NCBI RefSeq assembly: GCF_009914755.1
Contig: NC_060937.1
Source: the human T2T-CHM13v2.0 reference genome, Homo sapiens
DNA: 64,000 nt
Strand: one strand, 5' to 3'
In this document: positions 17,801 through 36,249 of the stretch, one piece after another
Layout: each line of letters begins with the position of its first letter
Position numbering within the stretch: position 1 is the stretch's first letter
Position numbers and translations under genes: made by a program
Notes under the pieces: generated by a model
What the model saw: the letters and a program-made list of their open reading frames with translations, nothing else
The model's database searches: none
Told to the model about the DNA's origin: nothing

Positions 17801-19094
17801 ACAAGAAAGATCTAAAGAGAAAGGAAAAGGAGAAGTGAGTACAAAGGTTTTTGAATGAGATATGAGAAATGAATGAAAAAGCTGGTAGAAGGAACTTGTG
17901 TCCTTAGTAAAGCCTCGAGTTCACGCTTTACACAGGAGCACAGAAACATTTTGCGTCTTGGACCCAAAAGGGTAAAAAATGCAATGCCACCTAGAAAGGC
18001 ATGATAGCACTGTTAGTCACATCACCCTAATTCACAATTGTGGAAATCTTAGCAGATTTCATAAGGGTAGCAAAAAAATCAATCTGAATATTACGTGAGA
18101 ATTTTAGAAAGCTGTAGTGAGGAAACGAAAACAGTTGAATAGATAGAATTGAAGATTATTTTCAAAGTCATTTACAATGTCACATATGCAAACACAGAAA
18201 AGATACAAGAAAAGAAATATTGCCTAGTAAATCAGATAATTATATATACATATATATTAAACCCACATTTCTTTTAATAATTTCACAATGGGCTCAGCTC
18301 TAGTTATCACTGTATTAAGTTTTGGAAATTGTTAGGCAAGACTGCTGCTGGGTAAGAAGAAAAGTTGAAGATTTTCTAGTCTCCTTTTCTGGTCACTTAT
18401 TGTCCACTTAGGCTCTTGTTTCTGAGCACCCAAAGTCCTCATGGTGTCCAAGTCTGCCTTGGGTGACTTGGGTGGTGTCCCTCCACCCTTTTTATGTTTG
18501 AGCCTGAGTTATTTATTTTTATTCCTTCAATTTTTTTCCACATATAAAATAAATATATATTTCTATATATTCTCTCTTCTTTTTCTCTCATGCTAAAATG
18601 CACCAGCCTTTCCCCTATTTTTGTTTGATAGCAATTGGTTGATCTAATATACTAATTCACCGGAAGGCCTTATTGGATGTTGATGATTGTTTTCTGCCTT
18701 CCAGGGAATTCTTGAAAATGTGGCCTTATTCTCTAAGAATGCCAAAATGTTAATCTCTGCTTCAATAGAGGAGGTGGTAATCACACAGTAATAACCTTAA
18801 ATTACATGTGTGACAGCAATCCTACCCATGTGTGAAACAGCCTTAGGATTAGGGTAGAGAAGATTCTTACTGGAATCTGGATCTTGAAACTTTCCCACTT
18901 TTTTCCCCCCTGCTGGATGTAGCCAAGGTAGTTTCAAAAATTCACCTCTGGTTATGGGATACATCAGCTCCTGGGTTGTATTCACAATAAGCTCTATGAG
19001 TATAGTTTGACTCCTGCTTTTTAGCTTGGGAATTTCAGAAAATCTAAATAAAGAGCTCTGAGAAAAAATTATATGGAAAAAACAATTATATAGG

Positions 19095-19235
19095 AGATGA
19101 GAAACAGTGTAGCATGGTGGGTGGAATATCAGATGTCAAGAAACCTGAGTTGTAGCTCTGATTCACTTCTGACCAATCTGGTTCCTTCCTAAACCTCTCT
19201 GAGGGAGAATTGTCCATTGTAAAACACGATGGTCA
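19095..19235 (+). mobile_element. MIR fragment
   Basis: cagtgtagcatggtgg...gtcaagaaacctgagttgtagctctg...aaacctctctgag...tgtaaaa. Confidence 0.55.
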
Positions 19236-19295
19236 TTGATGCGCCTCTGGTGGCACCCTGAGGCTCCAGGAAACAATTTTAAAATGAGTGGGTCG

Positions 19296-19670
<375 letters not shown>

Positions 19671-20032
19671 CTATTAGAATTTAAAACTGAGATTCATCAG
19701 GGCAACTCTTTTATCAATGAGAGATACTTCTGGATCATATTAACCCTTGTTTCTTGACGTATCTCTTACAAGGAATCTTATGACTTGAACTCCTGCCAGA
19801 ATTTCTGAAATTTAAATTTCTCCAAGTTATTTAATGAGTGGTTAGTATTTTATCTTTCTGAAGAGCAAACTCCTTTTCCTCCTGGATGTACATAAAGAGG
19901 GGAGGTTGACATTCCTGTTTGCCTGAGGAATGACTGTTTTGTGGAAAGTAGGATGGGGATTTCAGGAGTTCAGGACCTTCTTGGCTGAACGCCTTGTCTC
20001 ATGCCTCTCCAAGACAGTCCTGAGTAGGCTAA

Positions 20033-20502
<470 letters not shown>

Positions 20503-21869
20503 TGACTTACCCAGAGGACAATCTGTGGCAGAGCCCTAGCTACTTCCTCTAAGACAAACTGCTTTTCCCCACCCCCATAGCTCTTTCAGTCAATGGTTCT
20601 TCCAAATAGCAGCTCTTTTAAGGACACTGCTGTGAGTCTTCTAGATTAGCTTTAGGGAAGCAAATCTGCATAAATACTCACTATCATCATTGTAACTGCC
20701 CCCTCAGCAACTTTCTACTTTTCTCCAAGGTAGAGAAATGGTCTGTTGATTTTTGCTTTAGCTCAGGGTTTATTCTCAGGCACACAGAGGATTCCAGGAC
20801 GCTACGATTCTCATTTTGTTGGGGATAATTCAAGAATCCGGGGAGCCTGGCAAAACCCTCCTGTTTATATTTACTTCCTTGGGTACAGCAGCACATAACG
20901 AATCAAGACTCAGAAACAGCTCTGGGCTTCTCATAGTTCCCTGAGTTAATTATGCAAAGTAAACTCTAATAAAGATCGTGGGTTATACACATAAAAGAGG
21001 CTTAAATCCATGCTTCATTTAAGCTCATTGTGATGAGCAGATATTTGGTAGCTTGCTGCCTTTTCTCTGTGGGCTAACAGATTAGAGTTTACTTTAGGGT
21101 AGCATAATTTCTTCTTCAAGGGAAGCCAGTTAAATGCTAAAAAAAATCACTTTCTGAGGGGTTACTAGTGAGTTGGACTTTGGACCTTTGTGTGTGTGTG
21201 TGTGTGTCTGTAGTTTTCATTGTCTAATCCTTCAAAGCTGAGAATTGGGAGGGCTTCTTATTAGGGATACATCTGTAGCAGGGGACGATACGGCCTACAG
21301 ATAAATGTCTCCTCTATCTGTGGTGCATGGGTAAGCCTTTTCTGAAGCCATTAGACCATGACCCAATTTTTTCTGAAAAGGAGTCTAATTCAAAATCATA
21401 GCGCTGATGGAAAGATTAGGAAATATAATTTGACATAATTTTGCTGGCTTGGTGGGCAGATTAACTACATTGTTAAAGAACTTAATTCTTGTTCTTGAAG
21501 GACCCTTGATGTCAGGCACTGTCTTCCCTATTTCTGCTCATTTTTAGACCTTAATGTCTTCAAGGTACAGGCTCTGCGTTAATCCTGAGGAATGTGGGAA
21601 CTGAGTTTCAGGAGCCTTATCTGCACCAGCAGGTGGAGTCTGGGATCCTGCCACAAATAAGTGGGGGCGAGGGAAGAACTCAACTTCTGACATGCTACAA
21701 AGCATTTCTGAGCTGTGATATCTGATTGGCACCCTACCTCCTAATCTCTCCCAGGTGTCAGGCAGTGTCAGGATCTGGGTTACTTTATTCTAATATTTCA
21801 GAGGCATACTATGATTCAGAACTCATTATCATTTCTAAAAGCCAGACTTATGGTTTAAAAAAATAGTAA

Positions 21870-22130
21870 TATTGATAACGGCTCAGTTTGATTTAGCACA
21901 CACACTTAGCACCATGTAGAGTGTACTTTTCAAACATTTTATGTGGATTTATCTCATTTTATTCTCACAACAATTCTAATAAAGTATTTTTATCATCTGC
22001 ATTTTGCAGTTCAGAAAATAGAAGCTTTGAAATGTTAAGTAACTTGCCTGAGTTTACACAGCCTGTAAGTTGCAGAACCAGAATTTGAAGCCATACTCTC
22101 TGACTCTAAAACATGCATTTTAACCACACC
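21870..22130 (-). mobile_element. MIR
   Basis: ctcattttattctcacaacaa...ttttgcag...gttaagtaacttgcctgag..cacagc..gaatttgaagcca..ctctgactct is an antisense MIR core. Confidence 0.8.
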
Positions 22131-22329
22131 TCTAGTTGTGTGTTACATTATAGTTTTCCTGTGTAAAGACCCAGGTGAGAACCTCTTAAAACCAGATAAA
22201 TCTTGTTCTGACATCTGGTTTGTTTACATCTGAGGGAAACACTACAAACTTTAGGCATATTTTTTTATGTGTATGTGTGCATGCGCCAATATTAAAAGTT
22301 GGCTTTATGTATCTTCCCTTTGGACTGAT

Positions 22330-22795
22330 TTTCCCATTTGCTAATTTTAATTGTGTGGTATGTATCTCAGGGTCTTGATTAGAGCAATACTTGCTGCTGC
22401 TACCCCTCTCACTGGCTTTACACGGGAGAAGTTTATGTTTCACTCACATAATCATTCAGTGCTAGTGTTCCCGGCTGGTGGGCTGTCTTCCTCAGGATGA
22501 TTCAGGGATTTAGACTTCCTTCATTGCATGGCTTTGCCTTCCCTCTGCATAGTCCTCGCATTCAGCTGCGAGAGAGGATAGAGTAGGCACACTTGCTTCT
22601 TAAGCAACTTGGCTCAAAGTGGCATGCGTTACTCTGTTTGGCAAAAACCATTCACATGACATCACTTAAGGGAGGACGACTAAGGAATGTGATCCTTGGC
22701 TTGCCATCTGCTTCTTGGCAACAGCTACATACTATGAATGGGGGAACCAGAATCTTTGATGGACAACCTGCTATCTCTGCTATGTTTGATGACAT
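22330..22795 (-). mobile_element. Old MLT1-type MaLR LTR
   Basis: gaagtttatgtttcactcacat...attcaggga...cacatgac..cactt..aaggg..ggaatgtg...gatggacaacc.gcta.ctctgc; degraded. Confidence 0.55.
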
Positions 22796-25700
22796 ATAGA
22801 TGTCCTTTTGTAAAAAGCTTGGATATAAGTAAATAGTAAAGAAAAGGGCCTGGAAATAGCTTAGCAGCTGCAAACCTGAAACTAGTATGCCTGTATGAAA
22901 TCCTAGAAAGCTTTGTGTCTCTTGGGCCAAAGTCTTTGGATGCATTTGTACAGTTTATGAGACTGGGCTTCTATCTTGATATGTGATTAAGTTTAACCTT
23001 CCAGTCTGGGTCCTGCCAGACAATCTGCTTGTCACTAGATGCCCCATACCTAGGGTGCCAGACTATAGTCCCTGCCCTTACATCTGCTGGCTAGGATCCT
23101 CCTCCCAAGCTGGTGGAGTACGCAGAACCATGAAGCTGACACAGCACCTGACTTTGAGCATGGCCAGTGCTTGGAGACTTGATGTCAGAAATCTCTATTG
23201 ATTTCTGGGACCAAGTTTCCACTGGTAGCCCCTAATTTACAGTGAGTTTTTATTTGTGGGTATACCAACTGGATTTATTAGCTGGTGGCTTTGACCCAGA
23301 ACAGTGAGAATAATCTGCTTCGTATGTTCAGCTAACTAGCAGGTTTCTGCCTGCATCTGGTTTGGCAGATGGTCACCAGTGAGGTACAGCTTCATTTTCT
23401 ATATTCCTATATTCCCCTTCCTCTTTCCTGGCTATTCTGAATTTAGCCTCAGCCCCATCGAGTGCTCAGTCCCAAATAGAGAATTTATGTAAGCCCGACT
23501 GTCATTTCACACTTCATGTACTCCTTTCCTTCATTATTAATACTTTGTCATATTCTTGATAACCGCAGCTGATTATAACCCTGCAACCTTACTAACTCTA
23601 GAGCTGGTCATGCCTTGTGAATGTCCATATTCACCAGTCTTTGCTTCCCATATTCCACAAACCCAGACAGATACTCATAGATCAGAGGAGGAACACACAT
23701 CGTAAGTCACATCACTCAGCACAGGAAAGTGGCCCAGGCCCGTCTGAGAAATGTGTCTTAAGTTTCGCCTTCTGGTAGCAACTCAGTATTCTCGGCATGA
23801 CAATCTCGGACAGTAGATAAATCAAGTTCACTTAACCTTTTCGCATACTTAAGATCCCCAGTGACATGGCATTAACAATCATGTATGCCTGGACACATGA
23901 TTTATATTTCCCCCACCTTGCAAAAAAGAAGGCAAAAACGAATAAGAGAACCTAAACTGTGTTATACATTTTTTTTAAGGCAGAATGTTTGAGCCAGCAA
24001 ACAAAAATTCTTGCTTTAGTTAAAGAGCATAAAGGAAATGTTCACTGAAGAGAGCTTTTCTTTTCAATTGCTATCCTGCAGTACAGGGCACTACTTGGGT
24101 GGTATTTATGCCTCTGGGTAGGGGACAAGTACACAGAGGCTCCTCCTTTGTTCTGCTTGTACCTCTTTTTTTTTCTGCTTTGTCCTTTTCTCACACAGGG
24201 CAGTATCACAAAAGCAAATGTTTATTGCTCAGAAAGGCAGGACTTTGTTCTAGGGTTCAATGCACTATATGCTTGTGTGGACACCAAACAAATTTCTTCA
24301 GTATCTAGACTTGGGTTGATTCAATAATTAAAAATGATAACAATGACAACACCAATAGATTAGTATTGGGTCACATGGCTTCTTTCGGATCTTGTAGGAG
24401 ACTTCCATAGGAAAAAAAGAACCCTGCATGGCTGAGAAATTTATTTTCCCTGAGTTCCACTTATCAATTGTAGCTGCTTTGCCAAGCATACTGAATGATG
24501 CCTTTTGGTGCCTTATGTAGCACATAGAGTGTTATTTAATGTTTAGAATTTGCATGATTTTAGTAGGAATTATGATTTCCATTTCATCACAGAGTTCACC
24601 ATTCCACTGAGCTGGTTCACATTTATCCAGGGTCTAGGAGTATTTTGTTTTGTGATCTTTCATTTAAGGGGTTTGACTAAAGTGGGTGTTTCATTGAACC
24701 CTATGCTGTATAAGGTCTTGAGATGTTAAAGGTGGTAGAAATAGTGAAATTAATACTTATTGGACAGCTACTTTCTGCCAGGCACTTTACTTGTGTCTTA
24801 GTTCAATTAATATTCATGGCCACCTTTTGAGTAAGGCAGTAGCTTCCACTATACAAATGAATGGACTAATATTGTGTAAAAAGCCCCTGTATACTTAACA
24901 GTATGTAGAACACAGTCTCTGAATCCCATTTCTGGAATTTTCGTCCCTTCAGCCTCCTAGCTCTCAAGGTTTATAGGAACTGCAAGCAGTGGCATGCCAA
25001 TGCTTGTTGAATGAAACCCAGCAATAGGTACCAGTAATGAAACAAAAATTTCATTTTCAAACTAGGGAACATGACTATGTTCTTTTTCTTCTTTCCTTGA
25101 ACAAAACACCCACTGATTTCAAGGGCACTTTTGTACCCATAAAAATTCTTGAGGTAATCTATTAGTACTTGATTACTAGTTTTATATATATATGAAATCA
25201 TGTTTTTCTATTTTAATGTGCCCATGGTATAATAGGGATAGGTGGTAATTTTGCTATTTAATATAGTCATGTTTATGCAGTACATTGGAATGCATGCTGA
25301 ATTTTGCAGTTGAAAACAACTAAGGCTGACATAAATACTAGGAACGTGGAGATTTACCTGTTAGTATACTACCAATACTGCTATTTCTATCTTTCACAAA
25401 AAGGTGTGTGTGTTTAGAATCATACAAATTCTAAATATTAAAAACTACAATTTATATATACTACATACATACTCAGATACTTATAAATACCTGACATATA
25501 TTCTATTCACTTATACTTTCTGAGAAGCTATGAAGCTATGAAGGTAATAGTTCGACACAGTGGAACTACTGTCATCGTAAGATATGAAAAGCAGCAGGAG
25601 ATAAGTGGTCTTGTTATTGACTGAAGTAAAGTAGAATGACCCTGTGATTCGGATCTGATTGACTTAACTACTTCATTACATATCGACAGTGTCAGAAGGC

Positions 25701-26054
25701 CATCATAAAACAATCATTTGCCTTAAAAATGTCGTTACTTTATAAAGGCACGACTCCAGTCTTATCAGAATGTCACAGCAGAAGCCTTGGCAACAGTATT
25801 TGTTGACTGGCAGGAAGCCCATCTGTAAGCCAGTGATATGGGGATCTGGCATCTGTGGAATGTGATTTTATTTCACCGAGAATAAAGAAGCTGTAGCCTT
25901 GGAAATGATGAACACCGAATTTGTCTGCTGGGGGGATTGTGACTGTTGTGCCTTTCTTTTCTCTTAATCGGCTTCCACCGGAACCAAGAAAGGATCTGTT
26001 TCCTATAACTCGGGTGAAGAGAATTGGGGGTGGGGCTGACAAAAGCATTCAAAA

Positions 26055-26515
26055 CAGGGATTCTTAACCTTTTTGATACTTTAACCCCTTTGCAGGCAGT
26101 TGAAGTTTGTGAATGCCTTCTCAGTATGTTTTAAATGCATAAAATAAAAAATGTACGTTTTTAAGGGAAACCAATTAAATTGAAATGCAAATATAAAAGT
26201 ATGTAAAAAATAAATTTGTACTGAAGAAATATAAGTGCTCCTTGATTAATGAAACATTGATAAGTGTAAAACACCATTTAAGATTGGCAAGAGCAGTAAG
26301 TAATATGGAAATATAAGTAATTTCTATTAGTGACAAACTCACAGGTAATGCTGACACTACTGTGGTTTGTTACCTAAGTTCATAATTGAGGAAAAGTGCA
26401 CGTTACACTTAAAGGTTAGGGAAAATGGAATTTTTTCCATCTACATGTACAAACCCTTGATTTCTATTCACAGATTCTTTGGGGGTGTCTACGGACATGA
26501 GGTTAAGGAAATCTG
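26055..26515. mobile_element. hAT-Charlie non-autonomous DNA transposon relic
   Basis: Terminal inverted repeats cagggattcttaacct / aggttaaggaaatctg; degenerate 8-bp TSD attcaaaa / cttcagaa. Confidence 0.75.
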
Positions 26516-26939
26516 CTTCAGAATGGGCAAGGAGGGATTTGGCTGAAACAGCCAAATATTTCAAGATAAAATTTTTCAATATAAAAGTGAAATGATCCAA
26601 TACTGCTGTGATACAGCAATATTCATAAAATAAGAATAAATGTGTCACTATTCTTCATGATTTTTAGATATCTCTTTTAGGATCTGATATTGAATTTGTA
26701 AAGAAATATTTAACTACAGTTGAGCAATTCTGATTGTTTTAGTTTCTTAATAAGGTTGGATTCAAGAAAAATTAGTTTTGGTGGTTTTTATTAAACACCA
26801 TATCTGACACAATTCTAATTAAAAATGTTCTTGCTATTATTTATGTATTCATTTATCTACATACACACATAGAAAAGTATCTAGAATGATGTTCACCAAT
26901 AGCTAGGGATGATTAATATTGAGTAAAGATTTGGGAGTT

Positions 26940-31670
<4,731 letters not shown>

Positions 31671-32619
31671 AGTAAAGATTTTGGAGTTACAAGTAAAGAA
31701 AGAACAGAGAGCAGAGTAAGTGCTAATAGGGGGTAGGGCATTCTTTTCAAGAAGTGGGTGCTAAAGGATAGAGAACAATTATTTCTTGAGATGAGATCTA
31801 AGGCAGCATTGCCCTTAGACTTCGAAAACAGAAACCTCTGCCCTGGGCCCCTCAACTGTTCTGAGTACAAGGATACAGTGGTAAACACAGTTGATAAAGC
31901 CTTGGTATCCTGAAACCAGTCTGCCTTTTTCAGAATTGGTAGCAACAGCACAGCTTCTCTCAATGAGATACATAGTCAGGATAGAAATCAAAACAACTTG
32001 GTAAATAATCACACTATGTAAACATTACTTTTCAGTAACAGTGTCATAAGTGACTAAACACTGCTTAGCAATAGCCAGGTATAGTCATTATTTATAGTCT
32101 CTTTTTGAGAAGAATTTTACTCAAGCCATCTTTCAGAATCTTGCTTTTCACAATTTTCCTCTTTTCTCTTTCTGGATTGACAGAGAGACAAGTTAAAGAA
32201 AATCCTCCCACACAGTTTCCACTATTGGCGTAATGACTAACACTCTTATCAAAATCTGGCTGTCTCAGTGCTGGAATGTGCTGCACTATGCTGTGTTTGC
32301 TCATGTGTAAAATGGCACACTTATAACTGGCCTGTTTTCCCTTTTGGTATTAAGAACTCACATTCCAAATGCAAGTGTGAGAGAAGCTGGAGGGCGTGGA
32401 ATTCCCTGGTGTTATTGGCCTTCCCTCCGCCATGGTCTGACTGGGGTGGTTTGTCTTGACTTGCTGGTGCCAGGGTGACAGTGTTGAGATAGCACAGTTC
32501 AGGGATTCCTTAGGTGGGGCTTTTCCAGCGGAGAGTGTACTGTCAAGTAAAATTGAATCAAAGAGTGACATGAACAAGATTTTTTTTTAAACTTAATTTA
32601 AAATTTTAAAGTGTTCTAG

Positions 32620-32745
32620 AAAAACACTGGACTTTCACATTAGTTGTGTGATCTTAGTGTCTTAATTTCCTCACTTGTAAAATGGGGTTATAATATCAAT
32701 GTCACAGAGTTTCAGTGAAGATGAATATAATTGACGTATTTAGAG
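32620..32745 (+). mobile_element. MIR fragment followed by a ~45-bp Alu fragment
   Basis: tagttgtgtgatctt...tttcctcacttgtaaaatgggg; then gggtctcactgtgttgcccaggctggagtgc at ~32750-32794. Confidence 0.6.
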
Positions 32746-32838
32746 CATCTTTTTTAAGAAACTGGGTCTCACTGTGTTGCCCAGGCTGGAGTGCTCTGCT
32801 GATATTGCTTGACCAAGCATATACGTTATAGTTTACAC

Positions 32839-33143
32839 CAGCAGTCCCCAACTTTTTTGGCACCAGAGACCAGTTTTTTGGAAGACAGCTTTTCCATGGA
32901 TGAAGAAGAGGGATGGTTTTGGGTTGAAACTGTTCCACCTTAGATCATCAAGCATGAGATGATAAGAAGCATGCAGCCTAGATCCCTCGCATGTGCAAGC
33001 ATTCATGCTCCTGTGAAAATCTAATGCCACTGCTGATTTGACAGGAGGGAGAGCTCAGGCGATAATGCTGGCTGTTGTGCTGCTTATCTCCTGCTGTGTG
33101 GTCTGGCTCCTAACAGGCCATGGCTTGGGGGTTGGGACCCCTG
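32839..33143. mobile_element. MER1 (MER1B-like) hAT-Charlie DNA transposon
   Basis: TIRs cagcagtccccaac / gttgggacccctg; 8-bp TSD gtttacac / gtttatac. Confidence 0.9.
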
Positions 33144-33659
33144 GTTTATACTATAACACATTTTATTGAGCATTTACTAAGTGACAGCCACTGTGGTATA
33201 TCTGACAATAGAACAGTTGCCAAAGGCTGTATCTCATGGAGTTCATGTGTCATTATTCCATGTAGCAATTCTAGTGGTGTTGTGTTAAGCACAATGATGG
33301 GATGATGTTTTCTGGTGTTGCTATTTTTGTATTCTTTGCCTCTAATATAAACATTGGAAGTTTTATCAGAGTGCCTCCCGTGTAATAAATCTATAATACA
33401 TGGATTTCAAATGAACAAATATTGTAGCCACAGTGTGGATTTTAAAGAGCCAGAAAGTACGATGCTGTCTTTATTAGGGAAGACAGAAGAATGTATTCAT
33501 ATAGATCTCAATGAATGCTTCAGTGGCAATTGTTTTCAGATTAGGAGGCCTGACTTCTTTTCTACCAACCAGTACGGCCTCACCCTGTAATGTGGAAAAG
33601 AAGGCAGGTCTCCTAAAATTTACTTATTTATAAGCAAAGGTTGGCAATTCCTTTGTGAC

Positions 33660-34690
33660 ATTTTTAAAAACAGTTTAATTAAGGTATAATTAACCTACAA
33701 TAAATTGGAAAAATTTGAAGTGTAGTATTTGACAAGTCTTGACATATGTATGTACCCACGAACCCATGATGCCAATCAAGTTAATGAATAAAGATACTCA
33801 TCACCCCAAAGTTTTCTCATAACTGATTTGTAATACCTCCATCTCACTCCTGACACCATTCCCCCACTGTCCCACCACCATCTCAATCCCCAGTGGTTAC
33901 TAACCTGTTTTCTATCACTGGAGATTAGTTTGCATTTTCTAGAGTTTTGTATAAAGGGAATCATATGTATTCTTTGTGTTTCTCTGGCTTCTTTCAGTAT
34001 AATTACTTCGGGATTCATCCATGTTGTTGCATGTATCATCAATTTATTCCATTCTATTTGCTGGGTGGTATTTCATTGTGTGGATACCCCACTGCTTGTT
34101 TATCCATTTATTTGTTGATGCACATTTGGATCATTTCATTTTTTTTCTTGGGTTAATACTTAGGAGTTGGATAGTTGTATCATAGAGTAGGTATATGTTT
34201 ACATTTAAAGAAACTGCCAAAATATTTTCCAAAGTGGTTATGCCACTTCACTTTTTTTTTTTCAAGTTGAGAAAAATTTACTCATGTGTTAGCAAAGGAT
34301 GCATAATATGAAATTAGAGCCTATTAATCTTTATTTTTTTAACTTTTAAGTTAAAGGTACAAGTTCAGGTTTGTTACATAGGTAAACTTATGCCATGGGG
34401 GTTTGTTGTACAGATTATTTCATCACCCAGGTATTAAGTCTAGTGCTCATTAATTATTTTTCTTCATCCTCTCCCTCCTCCCACCCTTCACCCTCTGAAA
34501 GGCCACCATGTATGTTGTTCTCCTCTACGTGTCCATGTGTTCTCACCATTTAGCTTCTACTAATGAGAATATGCTGTATTTGGTTTTCTGTTCCTGCATT
34601 AGTTTGCTAAGGATAATGGTCTCCAGCTCCATCCATGTCCCTGCAAAGGACATAATCTCATTCTTTTTTATGGATGCATAGTATCCCAAG

Positions 34691-34738
<48 letters not shown>

Positions 34739-34808
34739 CTAGCTCTCTCTATATATATGTATCTAGCTCTCTCTCTATATGTATCTAGCTCTATATATAT
34801 GTATCTAG

Positions 34809-34895
<87 letters not shown>

Positions 34896-35127
34896 ATTTT
34901 CTTTATCCCAGTCTCTCATTGATGGGCATTTATGCTGACCATGTCTTTGCTATTGTGAATAGTGCTGCCACTTCACATTTCAACCAACAGTGTGTGGGAG
35001 TTCAAGTTGCTCTACATCCTCCCCAGTACTTGGTATGGTCAGCATTTTTAATTTTAGCTATTCTAATAGGCACAACGTAGTGTCTTGTTGTGATTTTAAT
35101 CTGCATTTTACTAATGACTAATTATGC
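33660..35127 (-). mobile_element. Old L1M 3' region interrupted by an L1PA/PB 3' end (~34330-34968)
   Basis: Antisense L1M 3'UTR (ttaattaaggtataattaacctacaataaa..., tagtttgcattttctagagtttt); nested primate L1 3' end (ggtttgttacataggtaaac). Confidence 0.75.
34693..34892. repeat. Compound microsatellite: (GT)n, 4x tgtatctagctct, (CT)n, (GT)n, (AT)22
   Basis: Directly visible; pure (AT)22 at 34849-34892. Confidence 0.97.
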
Positions 35128-35672
35128 TGTTTTTGTCAAGTTTGTCGAAGATCAGATAATTGTAGATGTGTGGTATTATTTCTGAGGGCTCTGTTCTGTT
35201 CCATTGGTCTATATCTCTGTTTTGGTACCAGTACCATGCTATTTTGGTTACTGTAGCCTTGTAGTATAGTTTGAAGTCAGGTAGTGTGATGCCTCCAGCT
35301 TTGTTCTTTTGGCTTAGGATTATCATGGCAACGCGGGCTTTTTTTGGTTCCATATGAACATTAAAGTGTTTTTTTCCAGTTCTGTGAAGAAAGTCATTGG
35401 TAGCTTGATGGTGATGGCACTGAATCTGTAAATTACCTTGGGCAGTATGGCCATTTTCATGATATTGATTCTTCCTACCCATGAGCATGGAATGTTCTTC
35501 CATTTGTTTGTATCCTCTTTTATTTCATTGAGCAGTGGTTTGTAATTCTCCTTGAAGAGGTCCTTCACATCCCTTGTAAGTTGGATTCCTAGGTATTTTA
35601 TTCTCTTTGAAGAAATTGTAAATGGGAGTTCACTCATGATTTGGCTCTCTGTTTGTCTGTTATTTGTGTATA
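35128..35672 (-). mobile_element. Internal ORF2 fragment of a younger L1PA (about PA4-PA7), with no tail
   Basis: Closely matches 9148-9692 and encodes [22 protein letters not shown]...[14 protein letters not shown]; lacks 3'UTR and poly(A). Confidence 0.9.
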
Positions 35673-35759
35673 GAGAAAGCTTTCATCTTTTCCTCATTGA
35701 GTATCATGTTGGTTGTAGGTTTGTCATATATGACCTTCATTGAGATAAACCTATTTTTT

Positions 35760-36241
35760 AAAATTAATTTATTTTTGATTATACTTTAAGTTCTGGGATA
35801 CACGTGCAGAACGTGCAGGTTTGTTACATACGTATACATGTGCCATGGTGGTTTGCTGCACCCGTCAACCCATCAACTACATTAGGTATTTCTCCTAATG
35901 CTATCCCTCCCCTAGACCCGCACCCCTTGACAGGTCCTGACGTGTGATGTTGCCCTCTCTGTGTCCATGTGTTCTCATTGTTCAACTCCCACTTATGAGT
36001 GAGAACATGTGGTGTTTGGTTTTCTGTTCCTGTGTTAGTTTGCTGAGAATGATGGTTTCCAGCTTCATCTATATCCCTGCAAAGGACATGAACTCATCCT
36101 TTTTTATGGCTGCGTAGTATTCTATGATGTACATGTGCCACATTTTCTTTATCCAGTCTATCATTGATGGACATTTGGGTTGGTTCCAAGTCTTTGGTAT
36201 TGTGAACAGTGCTGCAATAAACATACACGTGCATGTGTCTT
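35760..36241 (-). mobile_element. Short 5'-truncated L1PA (about PA7) 3' end
   Basis: attatactttaagttctgggatacacgtgcagaacgtgcagg 3'UTR; TSD taaacctatttt on both sides. Confidence 0.9.
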
Positions 36242-36249
36242 TAAACCTA

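Noticed and set aside
18690-18785. Possible exon after ttttctgccttcCAG
   Set aside because: The donor (GTG|gtaatc) is weak and the peptide is unrecognised.
32092-32577. Cluster of 63-75-aa ORFs in unique sequence
   Set aside because: No similarity I recognise and no convincing acceptor/donor pair.
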